64,000 bases of DNA, from the NCBI GenBank assembly GCA_963720565.1, contig CAVRFW010000009.1, positions 320,001 to 384,000 of the forward strand, read 5' to 3'. Under the pieces are notes generated by a model. That model made no database searches and had not been told where the DNA came from. It was given only the letters and a program-made list of their open reading frames with translations. Source of the DNA: Candidatus Bathyarchaeota archaeon. Its GTDB lineage: Archaea; Thermoproteota; Bathyarchaeia; Bathyarchaeales; Bathycorpusculaceae. Below are positions 34,275 to 44,978 of this stretch, piece after piece. Numbering within the stretch: position 1 is the first letter of the stretch; every line of letters starts with the position of its first letter. The position numbers and the translations under genes are program-made.

Positions 34275-34943
34275 GTGCGCATAATTGTGATAGGTGCTGG
34301 CGACATCGGCATGTCTGTTATTCATTGCCTATCTCAAAGGGGCAATATACTTACAGTTATTGAAGAGGACGAAATGAAGTGCAAGCATATCTCTGACCAC
34401 GCTGACGCTGCAATTTTTAATGGTAGCGGCACCGATTTGAATATCTGGAACAGCATCGAAGCCGACAAAACTGATGTGCTTTTTGTATTGACTAACAATG
34501 ATACTGCAAACATCAGAGCTTGTGATATTGGGAAAAAACAGTTTGGCATTCCATTTGTAATAGCAAGAGCGCATCAGCCTGAGAACATCGAAAAAATCAA
34601 GGAAACTGGGGCTGATGAGGTAATTTGTCCTTCGTTGGAAACAAGACGCCTGTTTCTTAACCCTTTGGAAAGCCGATCGATAGAGACTCTATATGAAAAA
34701 GACGAGGCGGACTACCGGATGGTCATCGTGACTGTGCCTCCTAACGGTAGCGTTATTGGGAAAACAGTTGAGAGAATTGATCTTTCTGAGAAATGCCGAG
34801 TCGCTACAGTTTTCCGTAATGGCGGCTTTGAATTTCCAACCCGGTCTTTTGTCCTTAAGGGTGGAGATCGTGTGCTCGTTCTGGGAACAGTCAAAGATGT
34901 CGAGAAAGCCACGGAAAAACTAACAGGCGTTGAAATAACCTAG
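34275..34943 (+). CDS. trkA: TrkA family K+ uptake regulator (RCK domains)
   Basis: IIVIGAGDIG Rossmann motif, GADEVICP, TrkA-C region. Confidence 0.9.
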   Translation: MRIIVIGAGDIGMSVIHCLSQRGNILTVIEEDEMKCKHISDHADAAIFNGSGTDLNIWNSIEADKTDVLFVLTNNDTANIRACDIGKKQFGIPFVIARAHQPENIEKIKETGADEVICPSLETRRLFLNPLESRSIETLYEKDEADYRMVIVTVPPNGSVIGKTVERIDLSEKCRVATVFRNGGFEFPTRSFVLKGGDRVLVLGTVKDVEKATEKLTGVEIT

Positions 34944-34955
34944 GAGGTTGGCAGA

Positions 34956-35753
34956 TTGACTTTTCTGGCGAAAACCCTTTTACAGTTAAGCTTTGCATTG
35001 ATTGATATTACTGTCTTGACAGATTTTCTGCTGAAGCTTGTTTTTTTCGGTCTAATAGTGCTTGTTACCTTCGTTGTTGCCAGGGTATCTGGAATTCTCG
35101 TTTCTAAGGCTTCTGGGAAAGCCAGTCCGATCCTTGCTCGTCAAGCTCGACGGTTCACAATTTTGCTTATCTGGTTAATTGGCATCTTGGTGGGTTTGGG
35201 TCAACTTGGTCTGGATTTGACTGTTCTACTCGTCATAGTTGCAGTAGGCGGAGTGCTGCTGTTGTTTGCGGTTAGAGATATACTGTCAAATTGGGCGTCG
35301 TATGAGACTATTTCCATTTACAAACCGTTCAAGATTGGGGATTGGATTCAAATTGGCAAGTCTTTCGGAAGAGTTGTCGACATAACCTACATGGACACCG
35401 TTCTGTTGACACCCGACAACGAATCGGTCTATGTGCCAAACCGCAAGATCAGTCAAAGCACTGTAATTAACCGAACCACTCTTGGAGGAATCCGCATATC
35501 GGTGCCTCTCACTGTGAAAGCTGACCTGAACCTTTCAAAGGTTGAAGAGGCATTGATTTCGATAGGCAATGATCTACTTGAGGAATTGGCGTCTGACTCT
35601 AAGCCTGAAGTGCGTGTCCTAAACTTGAACGAAAGATATGTTAAGCTTGCTCTGCTGTTGAGGATAAACAATCCGGCAAAAGCTAAATTGCTTTCGTCAG
35701 AGGTTCGGAAAAAAGCAAAGGAGCGTTTAGATCAGTTAGGACAAGCCAGCTGA
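34956..35753 (+). CDS. MscS family mechanosensitive channel
   Basis: KPFKIGDWI, GRVVDI, VYVPN. Confidence 0.9.
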   Translation: MTFLAKTLLQLSFALIDITVLTDFLLKLVFFGLIVLVTFVVARVSGILVSKASGKASPILARQARRFTILLIWLIGILVGLGQLGLDLTVLLVIVAVGGVLLLFAVRDILSNWASYETISIYKPFKIGDWIQIGKSFGRVVDITYMDTVLLTPDNESVYVPNRKISQSTVINRTTLGGIRISVPLTVKADLNLSKVEEALISIGNDLLEELASDSKPEVRVLNLNERYVKLALLLRINNPAKAKLLSSEVRKKAKERLDQLGQAS

Positions 35754-35809
35754 AAGGCTCCCTTTACTTAATGCGCTGTATTGGAAAAGTTGTCTGACTG
35801 TAGCATTTT

Positions 35810-36598
35810 TTATTGCGTGCTGTTGAAGAATGTTTCAAGTTTTGTTGTTTCCGCTTTCTTTAACACTTCTGCACACTTCGCTGGGTCCAACGCTTTGAAC
35901 TCGAGGCCCATTGTAACCAGCAGTCTTTGTACGTCTTTGGAGAGGCTTGGCGCTGCAAGCACACCTCGGAGTTCCCGGTTTGCTTTAGTCTTGATAGATT
36001 CTATGTACCTGGAAAGTTGGAGGACAGCTTCTTTTCCAGCGGTTTTACGTTTAACCTCAACTACCACAAGCTTTCCGTTCCTGTCAACTCCATAGACATC
36101 TACAAACCCCGGCTCGACTTTTTTCTCGTAGCTGATGGGTTTGAATCCCTCTTCCAACAGTGAAGGTTTTAGCAGAATAGCCTTGTGCATATCTACTTCG
36201 GTGGCGTGAAGCAGAAACTCTCCTGAGTCTGTGAGGCTTAAAGAGGAAAGCATCAAAATGTTGCTGAAGACAATTCTTACGCTCTCGCGGGGTTTCTGTC
36301 TGATGGCATGTATCTCCAAAGAGTCAGGTTTTGTTTGAACGTGAAATACGCTTCCTGCTGGTTGCCAGTTGACGGGTTCATAGCCGACAGGTCGATGCAC
36401 AAGCACCGAACCATCTCCTTTTATGATTAGTAACCGTTCACCCGTCTCTAGTGTCGATTGGGCTCTTCCTTTGTAGTGTACGTTGCACTCGCCTGCCACG
36501 ATTAGTGTTCTTCTTTGCACGAAGGCTTTCTCTATAATGACTGCTGCTTCTGCGAGTTTCGGGTGAAGGGCAACTGTTAGCTTGTTTTGGTTTTGCAT
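35810..36598 (-). CDS. nucS: Endonuclease NucS/EndoMS
   Basis: Y.GRA.S.L..GERLLIIK.DGSVLVH, PVNWQP, GFVD, VEVKR, QLSRY; C-terminal PIP-like KLETFF. Confidence 0.95.
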   Translation of the reverse strand: MQNQNKLTVALHPKLAEAAVIIEKAFVQRRTLIVAGECNVHYKGRAQSTLETGERLLIIKGDGSVLVHRPVGYEPVNWQPAGSVFHVQTKPDSLEIHAIRQKPRESVRIVFSNILMLSSLSLTDSGEFLLHATEVDMHKAILLKPSLLEEGFKPISYEKKVEPGFVDVYGVDRNGKLVVVEVKRKTAGKEAVLQLSRYIESIKTKANRELRGVLAAPSLSKDVQRLLVTMGLEFKALDPAKCAEVLKKAETTKLETFFNSTQ

Positions 36599-36662
36599 TT
36601 TCGTTTTCAGCCAAGTATTTTAGATGGTTCCATTGTAGATAAGATTTCTGAAGGTTCAACCG

Positions 36663-37223
36663 GTGAACAAGTGGGACCAGAAGCGAAGGGTGATGCGACG
36701 CTACGATGTTACTTCCAGATCGTATGACTCGCAATACAGCGAGGAGCAGTACGCAAAATACAACATGGCTCTGGAAAATGCGGTAATACCCTCGGGTAGC
36801 ATTGTTTTAGATGCTGGATGCGGTACAGGTCTCCTTTTCAGTCGAATTGCCCCTATTGCCAAAACAGTCGTAGGAATGGATCTTTCTCATGAACTGCTAC
36901 TGAGAGCGAAGGAAAAGACCAGTAAACTCGGCAATGTACACTTGGTAAAGGCCGATGCTGACTGTCTGCCGTTTAGAAATAGCTGTTTCGACTTGGTTTT
37001 TGCCTTCACAATGCTCCAGAACATGCCGAGACCATTGGACACGCTGAAAGCGTTTGGAAAGACAGCGAAGGAGGAGGCAACGATTATTGTAACGGGTTTG
37101 AAGAAGCACTTTTCAATGGAAGCTTTTGCCAATTTGTTGAAGAACGCTGGTTTCAACATGGTTTCCATTATAACTGATGATGCTTTGAAATGTTACGTAG
37201 CTATTGTTAAGCAAAACTGCTGA
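36663..37223 (+). CDS. Class I SAM-dependent methyltransferase
   Basis: VLDAGCGTG, GMDLS, ADADCLPF..FDLV. Confidence 0.9.
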   Translation: MNKWDQKRRVMRRYDVTSRSYDSQYSEEQYAKYNMALENAVIPSGSIVLDAGCGTGLLFSRIAPIAKTVVGMDLSHELLLRAKEKTSKLGNVHLVKADADCLPFRNSCFDLVFAFTMLQNMPRPLDTLKAFGKTAKEEATIIVTGLKKHFSMEAFANLLKNAGFNMVSIITDDALKCYVAIVKQNC

Positions 37224-37372
37224 ACTTGTTTTAGGCTGAATCTATGGATCGATGCCATGGTTTTTCCAAGCAATATTTATATCGAAAGCGTTGTATTGAA
37301 ACATTCTATAAGCCTATTGAGCGTTGGACATTCTGTGTCGACGCGTAAACAATCTCTTGGTGGTGGGATGAA

Positions 37373-38308
37373 ATGCCGTTAAAAACCGTGAAGAAAGACA
37401 CGGCAGATGCGTTAACTCTTGAGTGGATTCTACACGTAAAGAACTACAAGTTGTCTCTTGACAAAAAAAAGTGTGCAGGTTGCCAAATATGCAGTTTAGC
37501 CTGTCCTAAAGAAGCAATTAAAGTTGAAAAACAGCCTAAAGTTAAGGGTGAAAAGGCAAAGAAAGCCAAGGTCGATATTGACCTTGCGAAATGCAATTTC
37601 TGCGGAATATGTGACGTAACATGTCCATACGGCGCCATTACCCTCACGCTAAACGGCAGCCACGACCTCGCAGTGCTTTCCAAAGAAAGCTATCCTCAAC
37701 TGGTCCGCGACATAAAAGTTGACACTCGCCACTGCCCCAAGGAATGCGACACATGCAAAGACGTTTGTCCTCTAGGCTTGATTTCAGTCACAAAGGTAGG
37801 TTTTGACGGAAAACCAGTTGAAAACTTCGAATCCTTAACCCAGAGTCAGAAGGAGCGCGTCCAAATCAGCCTATCAATAAAGAAAGAGAATTGTCCAACA
37901 TGCAGAGTCTGCGAGTTCAAATGCGCGCCTGGTGTTATCAAAGTGCGCAAGTTCATTGAAGGCAAAATCGCTATTGACCAGGCGAAGTGTCCTGAAGGAT
38001 GCACAGATTGCCTGGATGTCTGCCCGATAACAGGCGCGCTTCACCTTGACGATGGAAAAAAGGTTAATGTAAATGAGTTGTTCTGCGACTATTGTGGCGC
38101 CTGCAAAGTCGTTTGCCCGGTCGATGATGCGCTGACGCTTAAGCGAACGGCGGTTCTCCACACTCCTATTCATTCCGGCACATGGAACAAGGCACTAGAA
38201 CGCCTGACGTCACCTGCAGACGCGGTTAAAGAGTTGAAGGCGAAGGGCACCAATAAACTGAGACAGACAGTGCGAAAGCGGTTTGTTTTCGAGGAGGTTA
38301 TAGAATGA
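37373..38308 (+). CDS. Polyferredoxin (FwdF/MvhB-like), about six 4Fe-4S motifs
   Basis: Repeated CxxCxxCxxxCP motifs. Confidence 0.88.
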   Translation: MPLKTVKKDTADALTLEWILHVKNYKLSLDKKKCAGCQICSLACPKEAIKVEKQPKVKGEKAKKAKVDIDLAKCNFCGICDVTCPYGAITLTLNGSHDLAVLSKESYPQLVRDIKVDTRHCPKECDTCKDVCPLGLISVTKVGFDGKPVENFESLTQSQKERVQISLSIKKENCPTCRVCEFKCAPGVIKVRKFIEGKIAIDQAKCPEGCTDCLDVCPITGALHLDDGKKVNVNELFCDYCGACKVVCPVDDALTLKRTAVLHTPIHSGTWNKALERLTSPADAVKELKAKGTNKLRQTVRKRFVFEEVIE

Positions 38309-40756
38309 GTAAGCCAGAAGAAGTTAAGAAGCCTGAAAGAGAAGAGTTGCGCATAGGCGTTTTCGTTTGTCACTGTGGTCTAAACATAGCTGGAACAGTA
38401 GATATTAAGCAAGTTGTCGAGTACGCCAAGACAATACCTGATGTTGTGTACGTTAAAGAAAACCGTTACACTTGTGCTGATCCTGGGCAAGAGGAAATCC
38501 GAAAAGGCATCAAAGAAAACAAACTAAATCGTGTTATTGTAGCGGCATGCTCACCTAGGATGCACGAGCCCACGTTCCGCAGGACGGTTTCCGAGGCTGG
38601 GTTGAACCCGTTCCTCTATGAGATGGCTAACATCCGAGAATTCAGTTCATGGTGTCACCCTAACGCTCCGCAGGAGGCGACTGAGCGAGCGAAAGATGCG
38701 GTACGCATGGCCGTGGCTAAGGCGCGATTGATGATGCCTCTGCAGACTATAGAGGTTCCAGTTACCAACAAAGCCCTGGTAGATAGGCGGCGGAATAGCT
38801 GGAATGAACGCTGCCTTGGATCTCGCTGAAATGGGTTTCAAAGTCTACATGCTTGAAAACACCGAAAGCATAGGCGGACACATGGCCGCGTTGGACAAGA
38901 CTTTCCCAACACTCGACTGCAGCATCTGCATCGAAGGACCAAAAATGGTTGACTGTGGACGACACCCAAACATTCAGATATTCGCAAATTCTGAACTCGT
39001 CAAAGTAGACGGTTACATCGGCAACTTTAAGGTGAAGATACGCAAGAACCCGAGATACGTGAAGGCTGAAAATTGCACCGGCTGCGGCGAATGCAAAGAT
39101 GCTTGCCCAATCGAGTTCCCGAACGAGTGGGACATGAACCTGGGCACGAGGAAAGCTATATCGGTGCCGTTTGATCAGGCGGTACCCCTGATTTATACGC
39201 TTAACAAAGATTACTGCATTGAATGCTTCAAGTGTGTAGACGTGTGCGGTGCTAGAAAAGCGATAGATTTTGACCAGAAACCCGAAGAAGTCGACATAGA
39301 AGTCGGTGCAATAATTGTTTCCACGGGCTTCGACGTTTACATGCCCTATGACATGCCACTATTGGGTTATGGCAAGTATCCCAACGTTATTACCAGTATG
39401 GAGTTTGAGCGTCTAATTCTCGCGGCGGGTCCGACAGGAGGCAAAGTGATCAGACAATCGGACGGCAAAAAGCCGCACACAGTAGCTTTCATACAATGTG
39501 TCGGTTCCCGTGATAAAAACAAGTATCCATACTGCAGCAACTTCTGCTGTATGTACACGCTCAAACATGTTGTTCAGCTGAAAGAGAAGTACAAGGAAGA
39601 TGTTGAAGTCTACGTTTTCTACATGGATATTCGCAGTCCGGGCAAAGGTTACGAAGAATTTTATGACCGTGCACGCGAGAAAGGCGCAAACTTCATCCAC
39701 GGCCGCGTTAGTCGCATCGACGAAGACCCTAAGACTCATAATCTGATAATTCACTCAGAAGACCAAACCTTAGGTCAGCCCATAGAGATTGAGGCTGAAA
39801 TGGTCGTGCTAGCGACTGCGTCGATACCCAAGAAGGGTTCAGACGAGATTGCACGCATCCTAAACCTTTCCCGTGGCGCCGACGGCTTTTTCATGGAGAG
39901 TCATCCCAAACTCAAGCCGATGGATGCACCCACGGACGGCGTTTTCTATGCTGGAGCCTGCCAAGGCCTTAAAGATATCCCGTTCAGCGTTTCCCAAGGC
40001 AGTGGAGCAGCTGCACGAGCGGCAACGGTAATCTCGAAGCCGAAATGGAAGATCGAGCCAATAATCTCGGTAGTGGACGAAACGCGGTGCAGAAACGTAA
40101 CCGCCAAGTGCGGGATATGCGAAGACAAGTGTCCCTACGGCGCAATAAAAATCGAACCCAACAAGGCCGCACAGATAATCACAGCCAGCTGCCACGGATG
40201 CGGAACATGCGTGGCTGAATGTCCGCAAGACGCACTTACACAGATGCACTTCACCGATGCACAGATACTGGCTCAGATACGCGCCGCCCTGGAAAAGGAT
40301 CCTGAAGACAAAATCTTGGCTATCCTCTGCAACTGGTGTAGCTACGCAGGCGCCGACTTGGCCGGCACTAGCCGATTTGAATATCCCGCCAGCGTCCGCG
40401 CGATACGGGTAATGTGCTCAGGAAGAGTGGATCGTGATTTCATACTTGAAGCCTTGAGACTCGGAGCTGGAATGGTGCTTATAGGCGCTTGTCACTTGCC
40501 TTACGATTGCCATTACATAAGCGGAAACTACAAGATGAAAGCCCGCACGGATGCGTTGAAAGGTATGCTGGAGAAACTCGGGATGAGTCCGCAAAGGTTC
40601 AGAGTCGAATACGTTTCAGCTGCTGAAGGCATACGCTACGCGGAAGTTATCAAGGAAATAGATGCCGACATGCGCGCGCTGGGCAAGGAAAAAATCAAAG
40701 CGGAAAACGCAAAGCTTCGACCGATAATCGACAACATGCTGAAGAGAAAGAAATAG
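38305..40756 (+). CDS. hdrA: Heterodisulfide reductase subunit A-like flavoprotein fused to C-terminal MvhD; one frameshift near 38781
   Basis: [23 protein letters not shown](I)GGGIAG split by one extra base, [19 protein letters not shown], then Mvh[24 protein letters not shown]. Confidence 0.93.
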
Positions 40757-40954
40757 ACGACCAGATCGTCTACCTTAGTCTTTTTTCCTTCTTGTTTTTC
40801 CTATCCCAAAGAAACTCAAAAGCAATGCAGCTTTAGTGTATAATAGCCGACCAGAGTATGGTTTTTGCCTTCATTTTCAATTAGCTTTGGTGTGTCAGTT
40901 GCAGAACGAACAGTTTAAGTTGGGATATCTAAACTTAGCTTACGAGGGACGAGA

Positions 40955-41755
40955 GTGTTGAAGGAACTTGTTTTCGTCGGTTTGGGTTTGCATGATGAGA
41001 AAGGAATAAGTCTTAAGGGTATAGAGGAAACCAAGACGGCGGATCAAGTTTTCATGGAGCTCTACACAAATTTGATGTCTGGCTTTTCAACAAAAAACTT
41101 CGCTGAAATCACAGGCAGGCAAGTTTGTATCCTAACGAGGCATGACCTTGAAGAAGAAAATGGAAAGCTCGTTCTGGATGCTGCAGACAATGGCAAAGCA
41201 GTTTTCCTCGTTCCCGGTGATCCATTTATTGCCACTACGCATGTGGCTTTGCGTATTGAAGCTGAAAAGCGTGGAATCAAAACTCGCATTGTTCACGGTT
41301 CGAGCATTATTTCTGCCGTTATGGGCTTATCGGGTTTGCATAATTACAAGTTTGGAAAAACCGTTACTATTCCTTTCGCGGAAAACTTTTCGGAAACGCC
41401 CTACAGAGTCATCGCTCAAAACATGACGCTTGGGCTTCATACGCTCTGTCTTCTGGACATAGCGGCCGACCAGGAAAGGTTTCTTTGTATCAATGAAGCT
41501 CTGAGTATGCTCTTAGAGGTTGAGAAGAAGAATAAACTTGGGATTGCCACTCTAGAGTCACTTGCCGTAGGAATTGCACGGGCTGGAAGCGATACGCCAC
41601 TTCTCAGGGCAGGTTCGATAAAACAGGTTATGGCCTTTGATTTTGGAGGCCCTCCTCAGAGTCTGATTCTTCCTGGTAAACTACATTTTATGGAAGCGGA
41701 AGCGTTGATAGCGTTTGCGAAGGCGCCGGTAGCCCTGCGGAGTGCTGTCAGATGA
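40955..41755 (+). CDS. dph5: Diphthine synthase
   Basis: FVGLGL, ELYT, GDPFIATTH, GLHNYKFG, GLHTLCLLD, LHFMEAE. Confidence 0.95.
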   Translation: MLKELVFVGLGLHDEKGISLKGIEETKTADQVFMELYTNLMSGFSTKNFAEITGRQVCILTRHDLEEENGKLVLDAADNGKAVFLVPGDPFIATTHVALRIEAEKRGIKTRIVHGSSIISAVMGLSGLHNYKFGKTVTIPFAENFSETPYRVIAQNMTLGLHTLCLLDIAADQERFLCINEALSMLLEVEKKNKLGIATLESLAVGIARAGSDTPLLRAGSIKQVMAFDFGGPPQSLILPGKLHFMEAEALIAFAKAPVALRSAVR

Positions 41756-42033
41756 ATGCTGAGGAGTTAACATCCAAGTATATTGTTTCGGCGGAGAAAG
41801 TTCTAGAGGACATGCGACAGTCCAACGCCTCAGTTACTGTGGACGAAAAATGTGCAACCGATCTCATAAGTTATGCCAAAGCATATTTGGAAGACGCAAA
41901 GTATTATAAGGCTCAGAAAAAGTTTGAGACAAGTCTAGTTTCAATCGCTTACTGCGAAGGTCTCTTGGATGCGTTGAGACTAATAGGCGCGGTGAAATTC
42001 GAATGGCCCACAAATGCAGAAGCAAAAAGATAG
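41752..42033 (+). CDS. DUF357 protein
   Basis: AKAYLEDAKYY, IAYCEGLLDALR..G. Confidence 0.88.
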   Translation: MNAEELTSKYIVSAEKVLEDMRQSNASVTVDEKCATDLISYAKAYLEDAKYYKAQKKFETSLVSIAYCEGLLDALRLIGAVKFEWPTNAEAKR

Positions 42034-42464
42034 TATTAGCTTCAGGCGTTTTCGACCTGCTCCATTTGGGACACGTGAGGTTTTTGGAGGAAGCTAAACG
42101 TCAAGGTGGAAAAGATGCTGAACTTCTGGTGGTTATTGCAAGAGATAATACAGTCGAGAAGATGAAGGGCAGAAAACCTGTAATGTCTGAGGATCAACGT
42201 CGTGCTCTTGTGGAATCCTTGAAGGTTGTCGATGAAGCTGTGCTTGGCTTCGAGGATTTCGACATCGGTGATGTAATCGAAAAGATTAAGCCGGATGTGA
42301 TAGCTTTGGGGTATGATCAGACAAGCATGGAGCAGCAGGTGCGAGAATACGTTAACACACACAACCTGGACATAAGAGTTCTTGGCATTAGGAAATTCGA
42401 AGAAGACGCCCTGCATAGTTCGTCAAAAATACGGCAGAAAATTGTTGCAGACTTCGAAAGGTGA
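42003..42464 (+). CDS. ribL: FAD synthase (cytidylyltransferase family)
   Basis: GVFDLLHLGH, VVIARD, KPDVIALGYDQ, SSSKI. Confidence 0.9.
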   Translation: MAHKCRSKKIVLASGVFDLLHLGHVRFLEEAKRQGGKDAELLVVIARDNTVEKMKGRKPVMSEDQRRALVESLKVVDEAVLGFEDFDIGDVIEKIKPDVIALGYDQTSMEQQVREYVNTHNLDIRVLGIRKFEEDALHSSSKIRQKIVADFER

Positions 42465-42470
42465 TTTGCC

Positions 42471-43076
42471 ATGGGTAACAGCGAAAAATTCAGGATAACG
42501 TACATTTTGATCGCGGTTAACATTGCATTCTACGTTTACACTTCAGTTGTTGGTGGAGATTTCGTGGAAACTAGTAACAGCATGATTGGGCAATACGGTC
42601 AGAATACGTTCCTAGTTTTTCGTGGCGAATACTACAGGCTTATTTCGTCGATGTTTGTGCATGCTAGCATCGCGCATCTTGCAGGCAACATGCTTTTTCT
42701 CCTTGTTTTCGGATTAAGGGCAGAAGAAATGTTTTCGCTACCCGAGTACTTGCTGGTGTATTTTCTGGGAGGATTAGCTGGGAACCTGGTTTCGCTGTGG
42801 CTTCTGCCTTCCTCCTTTTCGGTTGGTGCTTCCGGAGCCATTTTTGGCATGTTCGGCGCAGTTACGGTTTTTGCAAGGCGTAGCGTTAACCAGTCCATAA
42901 TCGGGGCGTTGATATACGGTTTCTTTTTGCTTTTCATTAGTTCGGGACAAGGCGTGAACGTTTTTGCCCATTTAGGTGGCTTAGTTTGCGGCTTGATAAT
43001 CGGATATTTGTTGGCGACAAGGCGAAAACCAGAGAATAGGTATTCGTTCCAATACTCTTATTCGGCATTTCCATAA
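42471..43076 (+). CDS. Rhomboid intramembrane serine protease
   Basis: SMFVH..HLAGNM, GASGA, AHLGG. Confidence 0.93.
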   Translation: MGNSEKFRITYILIAVNIAFYVYTSVVGGDFVETSNSMIGQYGQNTFLVFRGEYYRLISSMFVHASIAHLAGNMLFLLVFGLRAEEMFSLPEYLLVYFLGGLAGNLVSLWLLPSSFSVGASGAIFGMFGAVTVFARRSVNQSIIGALIYGFFLLFISSGQGVNVFAHLGGLVCGLIIGYLLATRRKPENRYSFQYSYSAFP

Positions 43077-43079
43077 GTT

Positions 43080-43808
43080 TCAGGGAGTAGTGAAGACTTC
43101 CACCTTCACTTTGTTGCCGTCTTTGAGGTTGAGGTGTTTTCTGAGGCATACGGGAGCAATTATCTCAACGACGGAGACGTCATAGTGACTTCGTAATGCT
43201 GTAATCAAAGCGCCTTTAACCTTATTTTCAATTATGGCAGGATAGCATTTGACCAATCCGAAAGTTCGATCCTCATTCTTGAAGCCCTGGATCTCGACAG
43301 CAGGGTACGCTTCAAGCTCTGATCTAGTCTTGAGGTCGTAGTCTGTTGTGAGTTTGAGGTTAAGGGTGCCAGGGTAAGGGTCAAAACCCAACCTTTCAAT
43401 AAACTGCTTAAGGTAGTAGTCTTTTGAAATGTAGTAGGCTCCTTCGCCTAAACCTGTGAAAACCGTTCCTTCAAGCGTCACAGAGCGTGGATAAGCTCCT
43501 TCGATCAGGATTCGCAGGTTTGAATACAGCTTCTGCAGTTGCGCCGCACCTGCATCTTCAATTTTTATTAGGCTTCCTTCCGGACTGATGTTTCTCTTAA
43601 TCCATCCAATGCGCTCAAGCTCGATGAGGTAGCGTGATGCCGTCTGCTGTGATGTCCCCATTCTCTCAGCTAGGTATTCTGTTGAGATTTTGGCTGTTCG
43701 CTTATGAGCCCCCATTTCTGCCAGCTGAAGAAGTGTTTGAAGGTGCCTCCACTCGTTCCTTTCAGTCAAATGCATAGTTCTCCAGTTGCGACAACAAGTA
43801 GATGTCAA
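43080..43808 (-). CDS. ribK: CTP-dependent riboflavin kinase with N-terminal HTH (start possibly 43775)
   Basis: SQQTASR, GLGEGAYY, PYPGTLN, EIIAP..LR. Confidence 0.93.
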   Translation of the reverse strand: MTSTCCRNWRTMHLTERNEWRHLQTLLQLAEMGAHKRTAKISTEYLAERMGTSQQTASRYLIELERIGWIKRNISPEGSLIKIEDAGAAQLQKLYSNLRILIEGAYPRSVTLEGTVFTGLGEGAYYISKDYYLKQFIERLGFDPYPGTLNLKLTTDYDLKTRSELEAYPAVEIQGFKNEDRTFGLVKCYPAIIENKVKGALITALRSHYDVSVVEIIAPVCLRKHLNLKDGNKVKVEVFTTP

Positions 43809-43989
43809 GGTTGCTATTTAAGCGACTCGAATCGCATTCACAAGAGACTTCTGCCGATAATGTTCCTTGCTATTTGTTTGTTTGGGTGAGAATTTTGGGG
43901 TAGCAGGTCTATGTAGTCCAAGGAAGACTTGGCTGTTTTTCGCATAAGAAATATAAGTTGCCTCGTTAATGAAAAACGAGTGAACTGAA

Positions 43990-44949
43990 GTGGGTCTTTG
44001 GAAACTTCGTTTGTCAATGGTTGCGACTCTGGCCGTGATCTTTGGTTTGTCTACTCTTGTTTTTGCAGTTGTTATGAGCTTGGCAGGCGTTTTTAACATA
44101 GTGACACTTGGTGTTTTAGTCGTAGTTATTAACGTTGTACAATGGCTTATAGCACCTTACGTGGTTGGTGCTCTATACAAAGTGCGTGAGCTCGGAGAAA
44201 CTGAGAAACCAGAGTTGTATCAGACCGTTAAGGATCTCAGCGTGAAAAGCAACATATCTATGCCGAAGTTGATGCTGGCGCGGATTCCGCTTCCGAACGC
44301 GTTTGCGTATGGTTCCCCGCTCAGTGGCAATAGAATCGCTGTCACGGAAGGTCTCTTGAATACTTTAGATTCGGGTGAAGTTGAGGCTGTGGTGGGGCAC
44401 GAATTGGGCCACTTGAAGCACAGGGACGTGCAGGTTATGATGGTAGTTTCTTTCCTGCCAGCGTTGTTCTATTACATTGGTTATTCACTTATGCTCTCGT
44501 TCGCGGGTCAGGGTCAGCGTAGAAACGATGGGTACAGCTCTCTTGTGGGTATAGCTTTCATGGCTTTCTCCTTTGTGCTTAACTTGTTCATTCTATACCT
44601 GAGCAGGCTGCGTGAATACTTTGCTGATAGGCACAGCGTTTCTGTAGTTGACGGAGGAGCGCAGAAACTCTCCATGGGACTGGCAAAGATAGTCAGTGCG
44701 ACCCGAAAAACGAGCACTCCTCAGAAGAGTGGAACAAATCTGAATGCTTTCAAAGCATTGTTCATCTCCGACCCTGACAAGGCAAACTTGGATTCAGAAG
44801 CCATTGCCGGAATGCAATCTCAGAATAGCAGAGATTTGGTTCAAGCCATAATTTCTAAGGAACCGACTTTTGCGGACAATTTTGCTGAGGCATTTTCGAC
44901 TCACCCAAACATAATCAAACGCCTGCGAGCATTGCAACAGCTGCAATAG
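43990..44949 (+). CDS. htpX: HtpX zinc metalloprotease
   Basis: PNAFAYG, HELGH, SRLREYFAD, STHP..R. Confidence 0.93.
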   Translation: MGLWKLRLSMVATLAVIFGLSTLVFAVVMSLAGVFNIVTLGVLVVVINVVQWLIAPYVVGALYKVRELGETEKPELYQTVKDLSVKSNISMPKLMLARIPLPNAFAYGSPLSGNRIAVTEGLLNTLDSGEVEAVVGHELGHLKHRDVQVMMVVSFLPALFYYIGYSLMLSFAGQGQRRNDGYSSLVGIAFMAFSFVLNLFILYLSRLREYFADRHSVSVVDGGAQKLSMGLAKIVSATRKTSTPQKSGTNLNAFKALFISDPDKANLDSEAIAGMQSQNSRDLVQAIISKEPTFADNFAEAFSTHPNIIKRLRALQQLQ

Positions 44950-44978
44950 CCTTTCCGACGGCAATTTTTTTAGGAATC

